Assembly (NCBI GenBank): GCA_951813565.1
Contig: OX638351.1
Span: forward strand, 1,504,001-1,568,000
Length of the DNA: 64,000 bases
From: an uncultured Poribacteria bacterium
GTDB taxonomy: Bacteria; Poribacteria; WGA-4E; WGA-3G
Reading direction: 5' to 3'
The position numbers and the translations under genes are program-made. Positions 9,508-18,335 of this stretch are shown piece by piece. Each line of letters begins with the position of its first letter. Positions within the stretch are counted from its first letter, which is position 1. Under the pieces are notes generated by a model. That model saw nothing but the letters and a program-made list of their open reading frames with translations, ran no database searches and was not told the origin of the DNA.

Positions 9508-10251
9508 ATGAAACTATTTACACTTTTTAATTTACTTCTGATTGTCTGTTTGGTCGGTTGTCTTGGCAGCCAGCAGACAACACAGACACTTGAGACAGAA
9601 ACCGCATCCACTGAAACAGAAACGTCTAACGCCCTCGCGGTGCTTGAACTTTCAACACCTAAAACAACCTATTCAGCGCAAGAAGCAATTCCGTTAGAAC
9701 TTACGATTCAAAACGGTAAGTTTGATCTGCTTGTGCCGTTTTCCAGCGTTTCAACACAAAGTGCTTTCAAACTACTTGCGGTGACAGATAGCAACGGTGA
9801 GGTCGTTAAGATGAAAACACGGGTTCCGCTCGCAAATCCTCTCAAAACGCTTTACAAAGATGGGAAATCTGTCAGGTGTATTCAAGGCTTTGATATGAAA
9901 GCAGGTGCGACGCAGACAGTTTCTCTGGAAAATCTGCAGACACATTATCAACTTCAACCCGGCAGTTACACAGTAAAAGTTGTGATTGAATTAGAGGTAT
10001 ACCGAGAATCTATGGAAGATCAGCATCCAGAAGTGATTGAATTACAGCGCGAAATCCAGAAATATCAGAATAGCACAAACCCACAGTTTACCCCAGAGGC
10101 AAAAAAGGAAGCAATCAGTTACACGCAGGATCAAATTGATTTCATCAAAGAGAAGCATAAGGAAGCGCTGCAAAACATCTATTTGCCGCTCAAATCGCTT
10201 CGTGGGAAAGCATCTCTTGAATCTAATACTATTTCTCTGACCATACAGTAA
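9508..10251 (+). CDS. hypothetical lipoprotein
   Basis: Hydrophobic signal with LVGC lipobox; 247 aa. Confidence 0.65.
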   Translation: MKLFTLFNLLLIVCLVGCLGSQQTTQTLETETASTETETSNALAVLELSTPKTTYSAQEAIPLELTIQNGKFDLLVPFSSVSTQSAFKLLAVTDSNGEVVKMKTRVPLANPLKTLYKDGKSVRCIQGFDMKAGATQTVSLENLQTHYQLQPGSYTVKVVIELEVYRESMEDQHPEVIELQREIQKYQNSTNPQFTPEAKKEAISYTQDQIDFIKEKHKEALQNIYLPLKSLRGKASLESNTISLTIQ

Positions 10252-10406
10252 AGATTACGAAACGACAACATTTATCGGCAATTAAGCGTCACTTGCCGCG
10301 TCTGCTCGTTAGAATCTTATCCTTGAATTTTAGGACTTAGGCACTTTGCTCGTTTTCAGACGTTACAGCGTTTGTAGTCGCGCAATTCATTGTGCCTCTT
10401 ACATTT

Positions 10407-10556
10407 CAGGACTTACGCACTTTTTTTAAAGTCCCTCTGATAAGGGGATTTAGGGGGCGGGCCCCATAGCGATAGCGTATGGGGAGATAAAATACCGAAA
10501 TTACGGCTTTTTAAGTCCAACTATTTCCTTTTTTTGCTCATTTTGCGTAAGTCCTG
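10407..10556. mobile_element. MITE with 13-bp TIR CAGGACTTACGCA and 6-bp target duplication ACATTT
   Basis: acattt|caggacttacgca ... tgcgtaagtcctg|acattt. Confidence 0.85.
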
Positions 10557-10622
10557 ACATTTATCTTAGTCGCAAGAGACACTCAGAGTTCCACCGTGCT
10601 TGACAGACTCTTTCGTGCCATA

Positions 10623-11399
10623 CTATTCTTTAGGTCGCCAGAGATGTTCTTCAGTTATTCCCAATTCTTCCAAAATTGGTTCAAGTAATGATAATTCTCC
10701 CAGCTGCTTTGTGTTATGCGCATCGCTCCCAATGAGCAATTTCACATCCCGTTCCAAGCATAGTTGATAGAACTCAATGAGGTGGAGTTGATTGTAACGG
10801 ACCATCTTAGGACTGATCTCTATACCCAAACCGCGCTGAGAAGCAAGGTCCAGTTGATAAATTAACCTTTTCTGCTCAAGGTTGCGCATCATTTCCTGTC
10901 CAAAAGCAGCAAGTTCCTCTTGAGTAAACTGAAAGACATCTGGGGAGAGCAGAAATGGATGGACGACTGCATCGGTGATAGGACAAGCAATCGCTGCCTC
11001 AAACATATAAATTTCGTGGAGTGCCACACGCCGTGGATCGCGAAAACTTCTCGGTTGTGCGACACCTCGTAGGTGGTAGTGATTCGGAGCCATCAGGACA
11101 TAATCAAAATATGATGCCAAACGAATGTTAATTGAGGTAACCTGATATTCCAACATCTGTGACTCCACACCAAAATGCACTTCAATTGATGCGTCCGCCT
11201 GCTTTATTGCCTCCCGTGCAGCTTGAATCGTTTTTACTTTGGACTGATAACTGTAATCATGATCAGTTATCCCGATTGCTTCAGTCCCACGTTCCTGTTG
11301 AAATTGAATAATTTTCTCTATACTAAATTCATTGTCCGCACATCCGGAAAGTTGTGTATGGATATGGTAGTCACAACTAAACATTTCGTACTCCTTCAA
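10623..11399 (-). CDS. PHP domain phosphoesterase
   Basis: DYHIHT, GITDH, VHP, GSDAH metal-binding motifs. Confidence 0.85.
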   Translation of the reverse strand: MKEYEMFSCDYHIHTQLSGCADNEFSIEKIIQFQQERGTEAIGITDHDYSYQSKVKTIQAAREAIKQADASIEVHFGVESQMLEYQVTSINIRLASYFDYVLMAPNHYHLRGVAQPRSFRDPRRVALHEIYMFEAAIACPITDAVVHPFLLSPDVFQFTQEELAAFGQEMMRNLEQKRLIYQLDLASQRGLGIEISPKMVRYNQLHLIEFYQLCLERDVKLLIGSDAHNTKQLGELSLLEPILEELGITEEHLWRPKE

Positions 11400-11546
11400 A
11401 CTTTTTCATTCCTAATAGAATTATTGCAAAATATTAGATGTATTGCAACAAAAAATTGCAGAAGCGATAAACCGTTAACATAAAATGTTCCAAGAACACC
11501 TTCAACTTTTAAAATAACGGAAATACGTGAGTCACTATTTTTTTCC

Positions 11547-11576
11547 TTGCAAATTTCAACTAAATTAGGATATACT
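11547..11576 (+). promoter_or_regulatory. putative sigma70 promoter of the nuo operon
   Basis: TTGCAA-18 bp-TATACT. Confidence 0.45.
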
Positions 11577-11655
11577 TTTATAGACTCAATAAAAAAATAA
11601 CACACCGCAAGACTAACTGATAAAGACTTGGTTCTAAAAATAAGGGTAATTATAG

Positions 11656-12066
11656 ATGCTATTTAATTTTGCAAATGTCCTGATTTTTTTAGTTGTCGGC
11701 TGCCTATTTGTCATCTTAAACCTTACTATTTCTCGCCTCCTGCATACAAAACTGTTTTCAGGCGAAAAATATATCCCTTATGAATGCGGGGAAGACCCAA
11801 TTGGCGACACACGGATCAAGTTCAACACTCGTTTTTACGTTATTGCACTTATCTTTTTAATCTTTGACGTGGAAGTCGTTTTCCTTCTTCCATGGGCAGT
11901 TGTTTTCCGAAGTTTAGGTCTCTTTGCATTTTTGGAAATGCTTGTCTTTATAGCAATTTTATTAGTTGGTCTCGCTTATGTCTGGGCAAAAGGCGATCTT
12001 GAGTGGATACGTTCTACGCAATTAGAGGTCCAATCCTTCCAGAGGGAGGAAAGTTATGATAATTGA
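11656..12066 (+). CDS. nuoA: NADH-quinone oxidoreductase subunit A
   Basis: [25 protein letters not shown]. Confidence 0.95.
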   Translation: MLFNFANVLIFLVVGCLFVILNLTISRLLHTKLFSGEKYIPYECGEDPIGDTRIKFNTRFYVIALIFLIFDVEVVFLLPWAVVFRSLGLFAFLEMLVFIAILLVGLAYVWAKGDLEWIRSTQLEVQSFQREESYDN

Positions 12067-12679
12067 TGAAAAATTAGATAAAAACGTTATTGTTACTTCA
12101 GTTGATGCCGTTGCGAATTGGGCGCGTTCCTCAGCGCTTTGGCCGATGACGTTTGGTCTTGCTTGCTGTGCAATCGAGTTTATGGCTACCGCTGCTTCTA
12201 ACTACGACTTGGACAGATTCGGGGCAGGTGTTCCGCGTGCAACACCACGCCAATCTGATTTAATGGTGATCTCTGGTACTGTAACGCTGAAAATGGCAAC
12301 ACGTATCAAACGCCTTTATGAGCAAATGCCTGAACCCAAGTACGTTATTTCTATGGGAAGCTGCGCTACCAGTGGTGGTCCTTATTGGCAGCATGGATAC
12401 CACGTTCTAAAAGGTGTTGATCGGATAATCCCCGTTGACGTTTACGTGCCCGGATGTCCCCCGCGCCCAGAAGCACTTATTGAAGGTTTGTTAAAATTAC
12501 AGGAAAAAATCAAAACCCAAACCGTCGCAAAACGTGCTAATGTTCCGTTCCTGAAAAGACTTTTCACCAAAACAGAATGGTACGAACACGAAAAAACTGA
12601 ACAGACTGAAGGTGCTGATGAAACAGAAACGGCTGCATCTGAAGCATCTGAAGACCAAGCCGCTGAAACTACCGCATAA
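12056..12679 (+). CDS. nuoB: NADH-quinone oxidoreductase subunit B
   Basis: [24 protein letters not shown]. Confidence 0.96.
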   Translation: MIIDEKLDKNVIVTSVDAVANWARSSALWPMTFGLACCAIEFMATAASNYDLDRFGAGVPRATPRQSDLMVISGTVTLKMATRIKRLYEQMPEPKYVISMGSCATSGGPYWQHGYHVLKGVDRIIPVDVYVPGCPPRPEALIEGLLKLQEKIKTQTVAKRANVPFLKRLFTKTEWYEHEKTEQTEGADETETAASEASEDQAAETTA

Positions 12680-12712
12680 AACCAGTACTATCTCATCTGG
12701 AGTAGATATTAC

Positions 12713-13198
12713 GTGAACCCAGAAGAAATTTATAAAATCCTAACCGACAAGTTTGATGAATCTGTCCTCGGTTTTGACACCGAACTTGCGGGTGACCCAA
12801 GTATTCAAATTGCGCCATCAGCAATTGCAGACGTGTGTCAATTTCTTGCAGAAACTGACACGTTGGCGTTCGATTCGTTGATGTGTCTTAGCGGTGTTGA
12901 TCTGGGCGCCAAGGAAGAATATCTCTCTGTCGTCTACCATCTCTACGCTATGCAACATAGGCATAATGTGGTTTTGAAAGCACCCGTGCCGAAAACTGAC
13001 GCGCATCTTCCAAGTGTTTCACATATCTGGAAAACTGCGGATTGGCATGAGCGTGAAGCGTACGATCTATACGGTATTCTCTTTGAGGGGCACACCGACC
13101 TGCGCCGTATCCTACTTCCCGATGATTGGGAAGGATATCCGTTACGAAAAGATTACAAAGAACCCGACTTCTATCGTGGAATGCGCGTGCCTTACTAA
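12713..13198 (+). CDS. nuoC: NADH-quinone oxidoreductase subunit C
   Basis: WHEREAYDLYGILFEGH, RRILLP, YPLRKDY; GTG start. Confidence 0.95.
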   Translation: MNPEEIYKILTDKFDESVLGFDTELAGDPSIQIAPSAIADVCQFLAETDTLAFDSLMCLSGVDLGAKEEYLSVVYHLYAMQHRHNVVLKAPVPKTDAHLPSVSHIWKTADWHEREAYDLYGILFEGHTDLRRILLPDDWEGYPLRKDYKEPDFYRGMRVPY

Positions 13199-13205
13199 GC
13201 AATAA

Positions 13206-14459
13206 ATGAAACAAATAGACATAATAGATAAAGTCAATCCTCAAAACCCCACTATGGAAACCACACAACAGACAGAATCAAAAATAATAGAATTGAAACC
13301 TTTTACTGATGAGATGGTCGTAAATATGGGACCTCAACATCCAAGTACACACGGGGTGTTACGTCTGGAATTGAGGTTGGATGGTGAGGTAGTGCGGGAA
13401 GCTATTCCACATATCGGTTATCTACATCGCTGTTTTGAGAAGCATTCAGAAAATCTCTCTTACCCCCAAATCATTCCTTTCACTGATCGCATGGATTATG
13501 TAGCGGCAATGAACCAGAATTGGGGGTTTTGTCTTGCTGTTGAAAAACTGATGGCAGCAGATGAAACAAAGGATTTTGCAGTGCCGGAACGCGCAGAATA
13601 TCTACGTGTACTTATCTGTGAATTAAATCGGATTGCAAGTCATCTGTTATCTTTTGGAACGTATGGCATGGACATTGGGGCGTTTACACCGTTTCTCTAT
13701 GCGTTTCGCGATCGAGAACGACTCCTCCTACTTTTTGAGAAAATCTGCGGTGCACGACTTACCTATAACTATATCCGCATCGGTGGTGTCTCTGAAATCA
13801 TCCCTATGGAACCAGGTTCCGTTGATGAACAGAATTTTTTGGACGAAATTAAAGATTTTCTCGACTACTTTGAGCCGAAGATTGACGAATACAACGACCT
13901 TTTAACATCAAACAGCATTTTCTCCGAGAGGACTATGCGGGTCGCTGTGATGTCTGCAGAAATGGCGCTTAGCTACGGTGCGACTGGTCCAAATCTTCGC
14001 GGCTCAGGCATTGATTGGGATTTACGACGAGATGAACCGTATTCTATTTATGACCGATTTGATTTTGATGTACCTGTTGCTAAGGATATTCCGGAGTTAG
14101 GGGCTGTTGTCGGGGACTGCTGGAGTCGCTACAAAGTGCGTATGGACGAAATGAAGGAATCAGTGCGAATAGTCCGACAAATTTTAGCGGAAGGTCTACC
14201 CGATGGTCCTGTCATGGCAGATTTGAAAGCTGTGCGTCCACCAAAAGGTGAAATCTATTTCCGTAGTGAAGCACCGCGCGGTGAACTCGGATTTTATATA
14301 GTGAGTGACGGTACACCGAAGCCAGTACGCCTAAAAGGACGTTCCCCCTGTTTCAGTGCGTTAAGCGCGCTACAAGAACTGAGTCGTGGTTTGATGGTTG
14401 CAGATATTATTGCGATTATTGGTAGCATTGATATTGTCATGGGAGAAGTTGATCGGTAA
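13206..14459 (+). CDS. nuoD: NADH-quinone oxidoreductase subunit D
   Basis: NMGPQHPSTHGVLRL, GYLHR, EAPRGELG, GEVDR end. Confidence 0.96.
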   Translation: MKQIDIIDKVNPQNPTMETTQQTESKIIELKPFTDEMVVNMGPQHPSTHGVLRLELRLDGEVVREAIPHIGYLHRCFEKHSENLSYPQIIPFTDRMDYVAAMNQNWGFCLAVEKLMAADETKDFAVPERAEYLRVLICELNRIASHLLSFGTYGMDIGAFTPFLYAFRDRERLLLLFEKICGARLTYNYIRIGGVSEIIPMEPGSVDEQNFLDEIKDFLDYFEPKIDEYNDLLTSNSIFSERTMRVAVMSAEMALSYGATGPNLRGSGIDWDLRRDEPYSIYDRFDFDVPVAKDIPELGAVVGDCWSRYKVRMDEMKESVRIVRQILAEGLPDGPVMADLKAVRPPKGEIYFRSEAPRGELGFYIVSDGTPKPVRLKGRSPCFSALSALQELSRGLMVADIIAIIGSIDIVMGEVDR

Positions 14460-14469
14460 CAACATCTAA

Positions 14470-14775
14470 ATGGAGTTTACAATGAGAATCACAACTATGA
14501 CACAAGCAAAGATAGTTTTTTGGACTGCCACAGTGATGGTCGTTCTCGCAGCGTTAATAGTGTTCTTGACCAATTTTGATGGGGCACTCTTGCTTATTGG
14601 TGCAATATTGCTGTATGAAGCGGTTGCTCGATCTGAACCGGGACGTGAAATATTTCCAAACCAAACGAGTCTCTTGCCTAAGAACAAGGTATTTTTGTGG
14701 ATATTCGCATTGTCAGGGATTCTACTGACTGTAAATTCGGTTTTAGAACTTTGGAAATTTGTGTTTGCCGCATAG
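14470..14775 (+). CDS. small hypothetical membrane protein inside the nuo operon
   Basis: About three hydrophobic segments; co-oriented between nuoD and nuoH; start may be a downstream ATG. Confidence 0.55.
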   Translation: MEFTMRITTMTQAKIVFWTATVMVVLAALIVFLTNFDGALLLIGAILLYEAVARSEPGREIFPNQTSLLPKNKVFLWIFALSGILLTVNSVLELWKFVFAA

Positions 14776-14851
14776 CATAGGTAGTATCCTAAAGTAAGGG
14801 ATAGATTTATTTGTGGACAGTGTAGGTATTCCGAATCTATTAGGAGATTAG

Positions 14852-16078
14852 ATGTCAGATTTTTTATCTCAGTTTTTTTCTCCAAGAATAAATTTGCAAG
14901 AGGAAACCAATTGGGCAACAGATTTCGTCCAAAATGTTATCATCGCGAGATTTCCTGATTTCCCTGTGGAGTTGGGTTCTGTCCTTGTAATGTTAGTATG
15001 TGCGGGCATTTTCGTCGCTGTTGTGCCATTGCTCCCACTGGTGCTGGTGCTTGCCGAGCGGAAAGTTGCTGCACGTTTTCAGAACCGTACCGGTCCTATG
15101 CGTGTTGGTCCCTGGGGCACGCTACAAACGTTGGCAGACGGCATAAAACTCATTTTCAAAGAGGATTATATCCCGCCACAAGGCGATAAACTGCTTTTCT
15201 TGCTTGCTCCCTATATCATTTTTGCATGCTCTTTCGCAGTTTTCGCCGCTATCCCATTCAGTCAAGAAATATTGGTGAGCGACTTTAATATCGGCATCTT
15301 CTACATCATGGCGATCTCCTCTGTGATTGTGATGGGGGTAATTATGGCAGGTTGGTCCTCAAACAGTAAATGGTCACTGTTGGGTTCATTACGCTCCGCT
15401 GCACAGATTGTCAGTTATGAAATCCCTCTCGGTCTCTCTATTTTAACCGTCGTTATGCTTGTGGAAAGTTTAAGCATGAGTCAGATTGTGGCAAGTCAGG
15501 AGGGCGGTATTTTCACTTGGCTCATTTTCCGAACACCATTTACCTTTATTGCATTCTTTATTTTCTTTATATCTTCTATTGCTGAAGTCAATCGAACACC
15601 ATTTGATCTGCCCGAAGCGGAATCTGAGATTGTTGCCGGATTTCATACCGAATATAGTGGCATGCGGTTTGCGTTCTTCTTTATCGCCGAATACGCAAAT
15701 ATGTTTGCTGTCAGTGCAATTGCCGTGACGCTTTTCCTTGGTGGATGGCAAGGTGTCTTGCCGGGGTACGATTTCCTCGGAGGTTTCCCAGGGTTCGTTA
15801 TCAAAACATTAGGACTCGTCTTCCTGATGATGTGGTTGAGGTGGACACTGCCACGTTTACGAGTCGATCAACTCATGAATCTGTGCTGGAAATATTTTAT
15901 TCCTATTTCTTTCTTTAACATTTTAGGCACAGGAATATGGGGTCTGATTTTTAGACATGATGATGTATGGAGTATCGGAATCAGTTGTGCGATTATCTAT
16001 GTGGGTCTAATCGGCGCGTATGCCGTCGCTGGCAGGAATCTTGCGCGAAAACCTGAGCCACAAGCGAGCTCAGTTTAA
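14852..16078 (+). CDS. nuoH: NADH-quinone oxidoreductase subunit H
   Basis: ERKVAARFQNRTGP, ADGIKLIFKED, NRTPFDLPEAESE, PRLRVDQLM. Confidence 0.96.
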   Translation: MSDFLSQFFSPRINLQEETNWATDFVQNVIIARFPDFPVELGSVLVMLVCAGIFVAVVPLLPLVLVLAERKVAARFQNRTGPMRVGPWGTLQTLADGIKLIFKEDYIPPQGDKLLFLLAPYIIFACSFAVFAAIPFSQEILVSDFNIGIFYIMAISSVIVMGVIMAGWSSNSKWSLLGSLRSAAQIVSYEIPLGLSILTVVMLVESLSMSQIVASQEGGIFTWLIFRTPFTFIAFFIFFISSIAEVNRTPFDLPEAESEIVAGFHTEYSGMRFAFFFIAEYANMFAVSAIAVTLFLGGWQGVLPGYDFLGGFPGFVIKTLGLVFLMMWLRWTLPRLRVDQLMNLCWKYFIPISFFNILGTGIWGLIFRHDDVWSIGISCAIIYVGLIGAYAVAGRNLARKPEPQASSV

Positions 16079-16155
16079 ATTGTGGTATCAACAATAAAGA
16101 AAAATCACATTAGTTTTTATGGATAGAAATTGCTAAGCAAATTCAGGAGTACATT

Positions 16156-16335
16156 ATGGATACTGCAAAAATTGTTTTGTACCTCGTAAAAACGGATCAC
16201 AAATTTCAATGGATGCTTGCCGCAATCTTTTTGATGTTTGTAGGTCTTTTCGTAGTATTCTTCGGTAAGTCAATTGGTTTGGAAACCAATACAAAAAATT
16301 TAATTACAAACGGATTGTTTGGATCGGCTGCTTAA
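16156..16335 (+). CDS. small hydrophobic ORF (59 aa), possibly a truncated or degraded membrane-protein gene
   Basis: AGGAG RBS; MDTAKIVLYLVKTDHKFQWMLAAIFLMFVGLFVVFFGKSIG...; hydrophobic coding-like sequence continues in another frame past the stop. Confidence 0.45.
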   Translation: MDTAKIVLYLVKTDHKFQWMLAAIFLMFVGLFVVFFGKSIGLETNTKNLITNGLFGSAA

Positions 16336-16496
16336 TTTTCTTTTTTGTCAGTGAAAAGAGCAAATATTTTAACCTGTTTATGTGTGGATTTTTTAGTGCA
16401 TTATTTCTCATGACTCTTTTCGATCTATTGGGGCATGGTTGGTAATCTGCATCTGTAGTGTCAAGAAAACTACAGACTTAAAAAGGAACATTTGTT

Positions 16497-17216
16497 ATGG
16501 ACAAATACATACGCAACATATATAAAGGCGTTTATACCGTCCTCGTTGGTATGCGGATCACGATTCGGCAGTTTTTTGAACCCAACGTCACGCACCAATA
16601 TCCTTATGAACACGATTTTGAAAAGAAACAGAACGTACGAGAGATTCCGAAAGGGTATCGTGGGCAACTTTACAATCGGATTGAGGATTGTATCGGGTGC
16701 AAAAAATGTGAATTGATTTGCCCTGTAGATTGTATTACGATTACAGGTGACAAACTTCCGAAAGGTGAACAACTCTGGGATAGTATGAACGTCGTGCATC
16801 TCAAGGATGGGCGTGAAGTCATCGGAATCATTGAAGGTGACGACAAGAAAATAATGTCAGAAGACTCCATGACTATTACAAATATAACGACACGCTTAGG
16901 ATCACAAGAAGTCGTTGACCGCTTGGAGCCATCGGAAGATGAAAGCCGAACTGAAACCTTTACCACAGACGAAGTGTCTCGCGTCGTTACGCGAAACCCC
17001 GTTGTTTTCTATCTCGACCAGTTCGATATTGATATGTCCCTCTGTATGTATTGTGGGCTTTGCACGGAAGTTTGTCCAACACAATGCCTCGTTATGAAGG
17101 ATTCACTTGAAGGTATTGAGTATTCAAGTTTTGACCGCACAGACTTAATTTTCAATTTTGACAAACAGGAAATGTACGATAAAGACGAAGCGGATAACAC
17201 ACAAGCTGCAGATTAG
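16497..17216 (+). CDS. nuoI: NADH-quinone oxidoreductase subunit I with internal insertion
   Basis: THQYP, YRG, CIGCKKCELICP and CMYCGLCTEVCP; position between nuoH and nuoJ. Confidence 0.9.
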   Translation: MDKYIRNIYKGVYTVLVGMRITIRQFFEPNVTHQYPYEHDFEKKQNVREIPKGYRGQLYNRIEDCIGCKKCELICPVDCITITGDKLPKGEQLWDSMNVVHLKDGREVIGIIEGDDKKIMSEDSMTITNITTRLGSQEVVDRLEPSEDESRTETFTTDEVSRVVTRNPVVFYLDQFDIDMSLCMYCGLCTEVCPTQCLVMKDSLEGIEYSSFDRTDLIFNFDKQEMYDKDEADNTQAAD

Positions 17217-17257
17217 GGCAGTTCTACGTTCAAAGTTTTTGCAAGAATAGTTTATAA

Positions 17258-17776
17258 ATGGAATTTACACTCAAAACATTTATTTTTTACGGATTCGCAC
17301 TTTTGACAATTGCCTCAGCACTGGCAGTGGTAACCGTGCGAAACATTGTCCATGCGGCATTTGCGCTAATGGTCACGCTGTTTGGGGTTGCGGGGCTTTA
17401 CGTGTTTTTACAAGCAGATTTTCTCGCAGCAACACAGGTGATTGTCTACGTCGGTGGTATTCTGGTGCTTATCCTCTTCGGTGTTATGATGACAAGCGGA
17501 CGGTTGGAGATGCGTATCCACATTGAACGCGGTCAACTGCTGTTAGGCGGTGGGATTTCTCTTGCACTGCTTATGCTCCTTTTGACTGTGATTGCCAATA
17601 CACCTAAATGGGAAAATCTTACCGATGACGGAACGGCATTTGCACCAACAACTGAACGCATCGGTAAACTAATTTTGAATGAAAAATTTCTACTACCGTT
17701 TGAGGTTGCTTCTGTGCTGCTATTAGTTGCGTTAATCGGTGCTGCGCTTATTTCTCGCAAGGAGGTCCGGGATTAA
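17258..17776 (+). CDS. nuoJ: NADH-quinone oxidoreductase subunit J
   Basis: QVIVYVGGILVLILF, LLPFEVASVLLLVALIGA. Confidence 0.95.
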   Translation: MEFTLKTFIFYGFALLTIASALAVVTVRNIVHAAFALMVTLFGVAGLYVFLQADFLAATQVIVYVGGILVLILFGVMMTSGRLEMRIHIERGQLLLGGGISLALLMLLLTVIANTPKWENLTDDGTAFAPTTERIGKLILNEKFLLPFEVASVLLLVALIGAALISRKEVRD

Positions 17777-17801
17777 TCCCTTGTATTTTTTAATTGAGTT
17801 T

Positions 17802-18006
17802 GTGGGTTGGGTAAAGCACAAGCGAAATCCAACGCTATAGTATGTGTCCAAATCAATGTAAAATGCGCGTGGCAGAACACGCTTGTGGTATTCTGCATGA
17901 TTTGTCGGGTTTCACGTTGTTCTACCGGACCTACAGCGATTTACTTTCGTAAGATTGAGTCTTTAGTTCGTAGGTTGGGTAGAGCGCAAAGCGAAACCCA
18001 ACGCTT
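17802..18006. repeat. cluster of REP-like elements between nuoJ and nuoK
   Basis: gtgggttgggtaaagcacaagcgaaatccaacgct and gtaggttgggtagagcgcaaagcgaaacccaacgct, with an inverted copy ending ...acctac between them. Confidence 0.7.
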
Positions 18007-18015
18007 AGGATAAAA

Positions 18016-18324
18016 ATGAGTCTACAACACTATTTGGTAATCAGTGCAATTCTATTTACGCTCGGTATTTTTGCAGTGCTAACTCGGAAAAACGCTATCA
18101 GCATTCTGATGGGTATTGAACTTATTCTCAATTCCTGTAATCTTAACTTCGTTGCATTTTCGCGCTTTGTTACGCCACCCGAAATTATTGATGGTCAGAT
18201 AATCGCTATCTTCGGTATTGTGCTTGCCGCAGCAGAAGCAGCTGTTTTTCTCGCAATTATTCTCGCTATTTACCGTGAATTCGGTAGCATCCGTCCAGAC
18301 GAAGTGGATACTTTGAAAGGTTAA
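18016..18324 (+). CDS. nuoK: NADH-quinone oxidoreductase subunit K
   Basis: LMGIELILN, LAAAEAAV, LKG end. Confidence 0.95.
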   Translation: MSLQHYLVISAILFTLGIFAVLTRKNAISILMGIELILNSCNLNFVAFSRFVTPPEIIDGQIIAIFGIVLAAAEAAVFLAIILAIYREFGSIRPDEVDTLKG

Positions 18325-18335
18325 AAACAAAAAAC

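Noticed and set aside
17807..18013. Short ORFs in repeat clusters (also 23671-23868, 33570-33752, 37501-37758, 38982-39185, 43849-44037)
   Set aside because: They are translations of REP/MITE DNA with no protein motifs.
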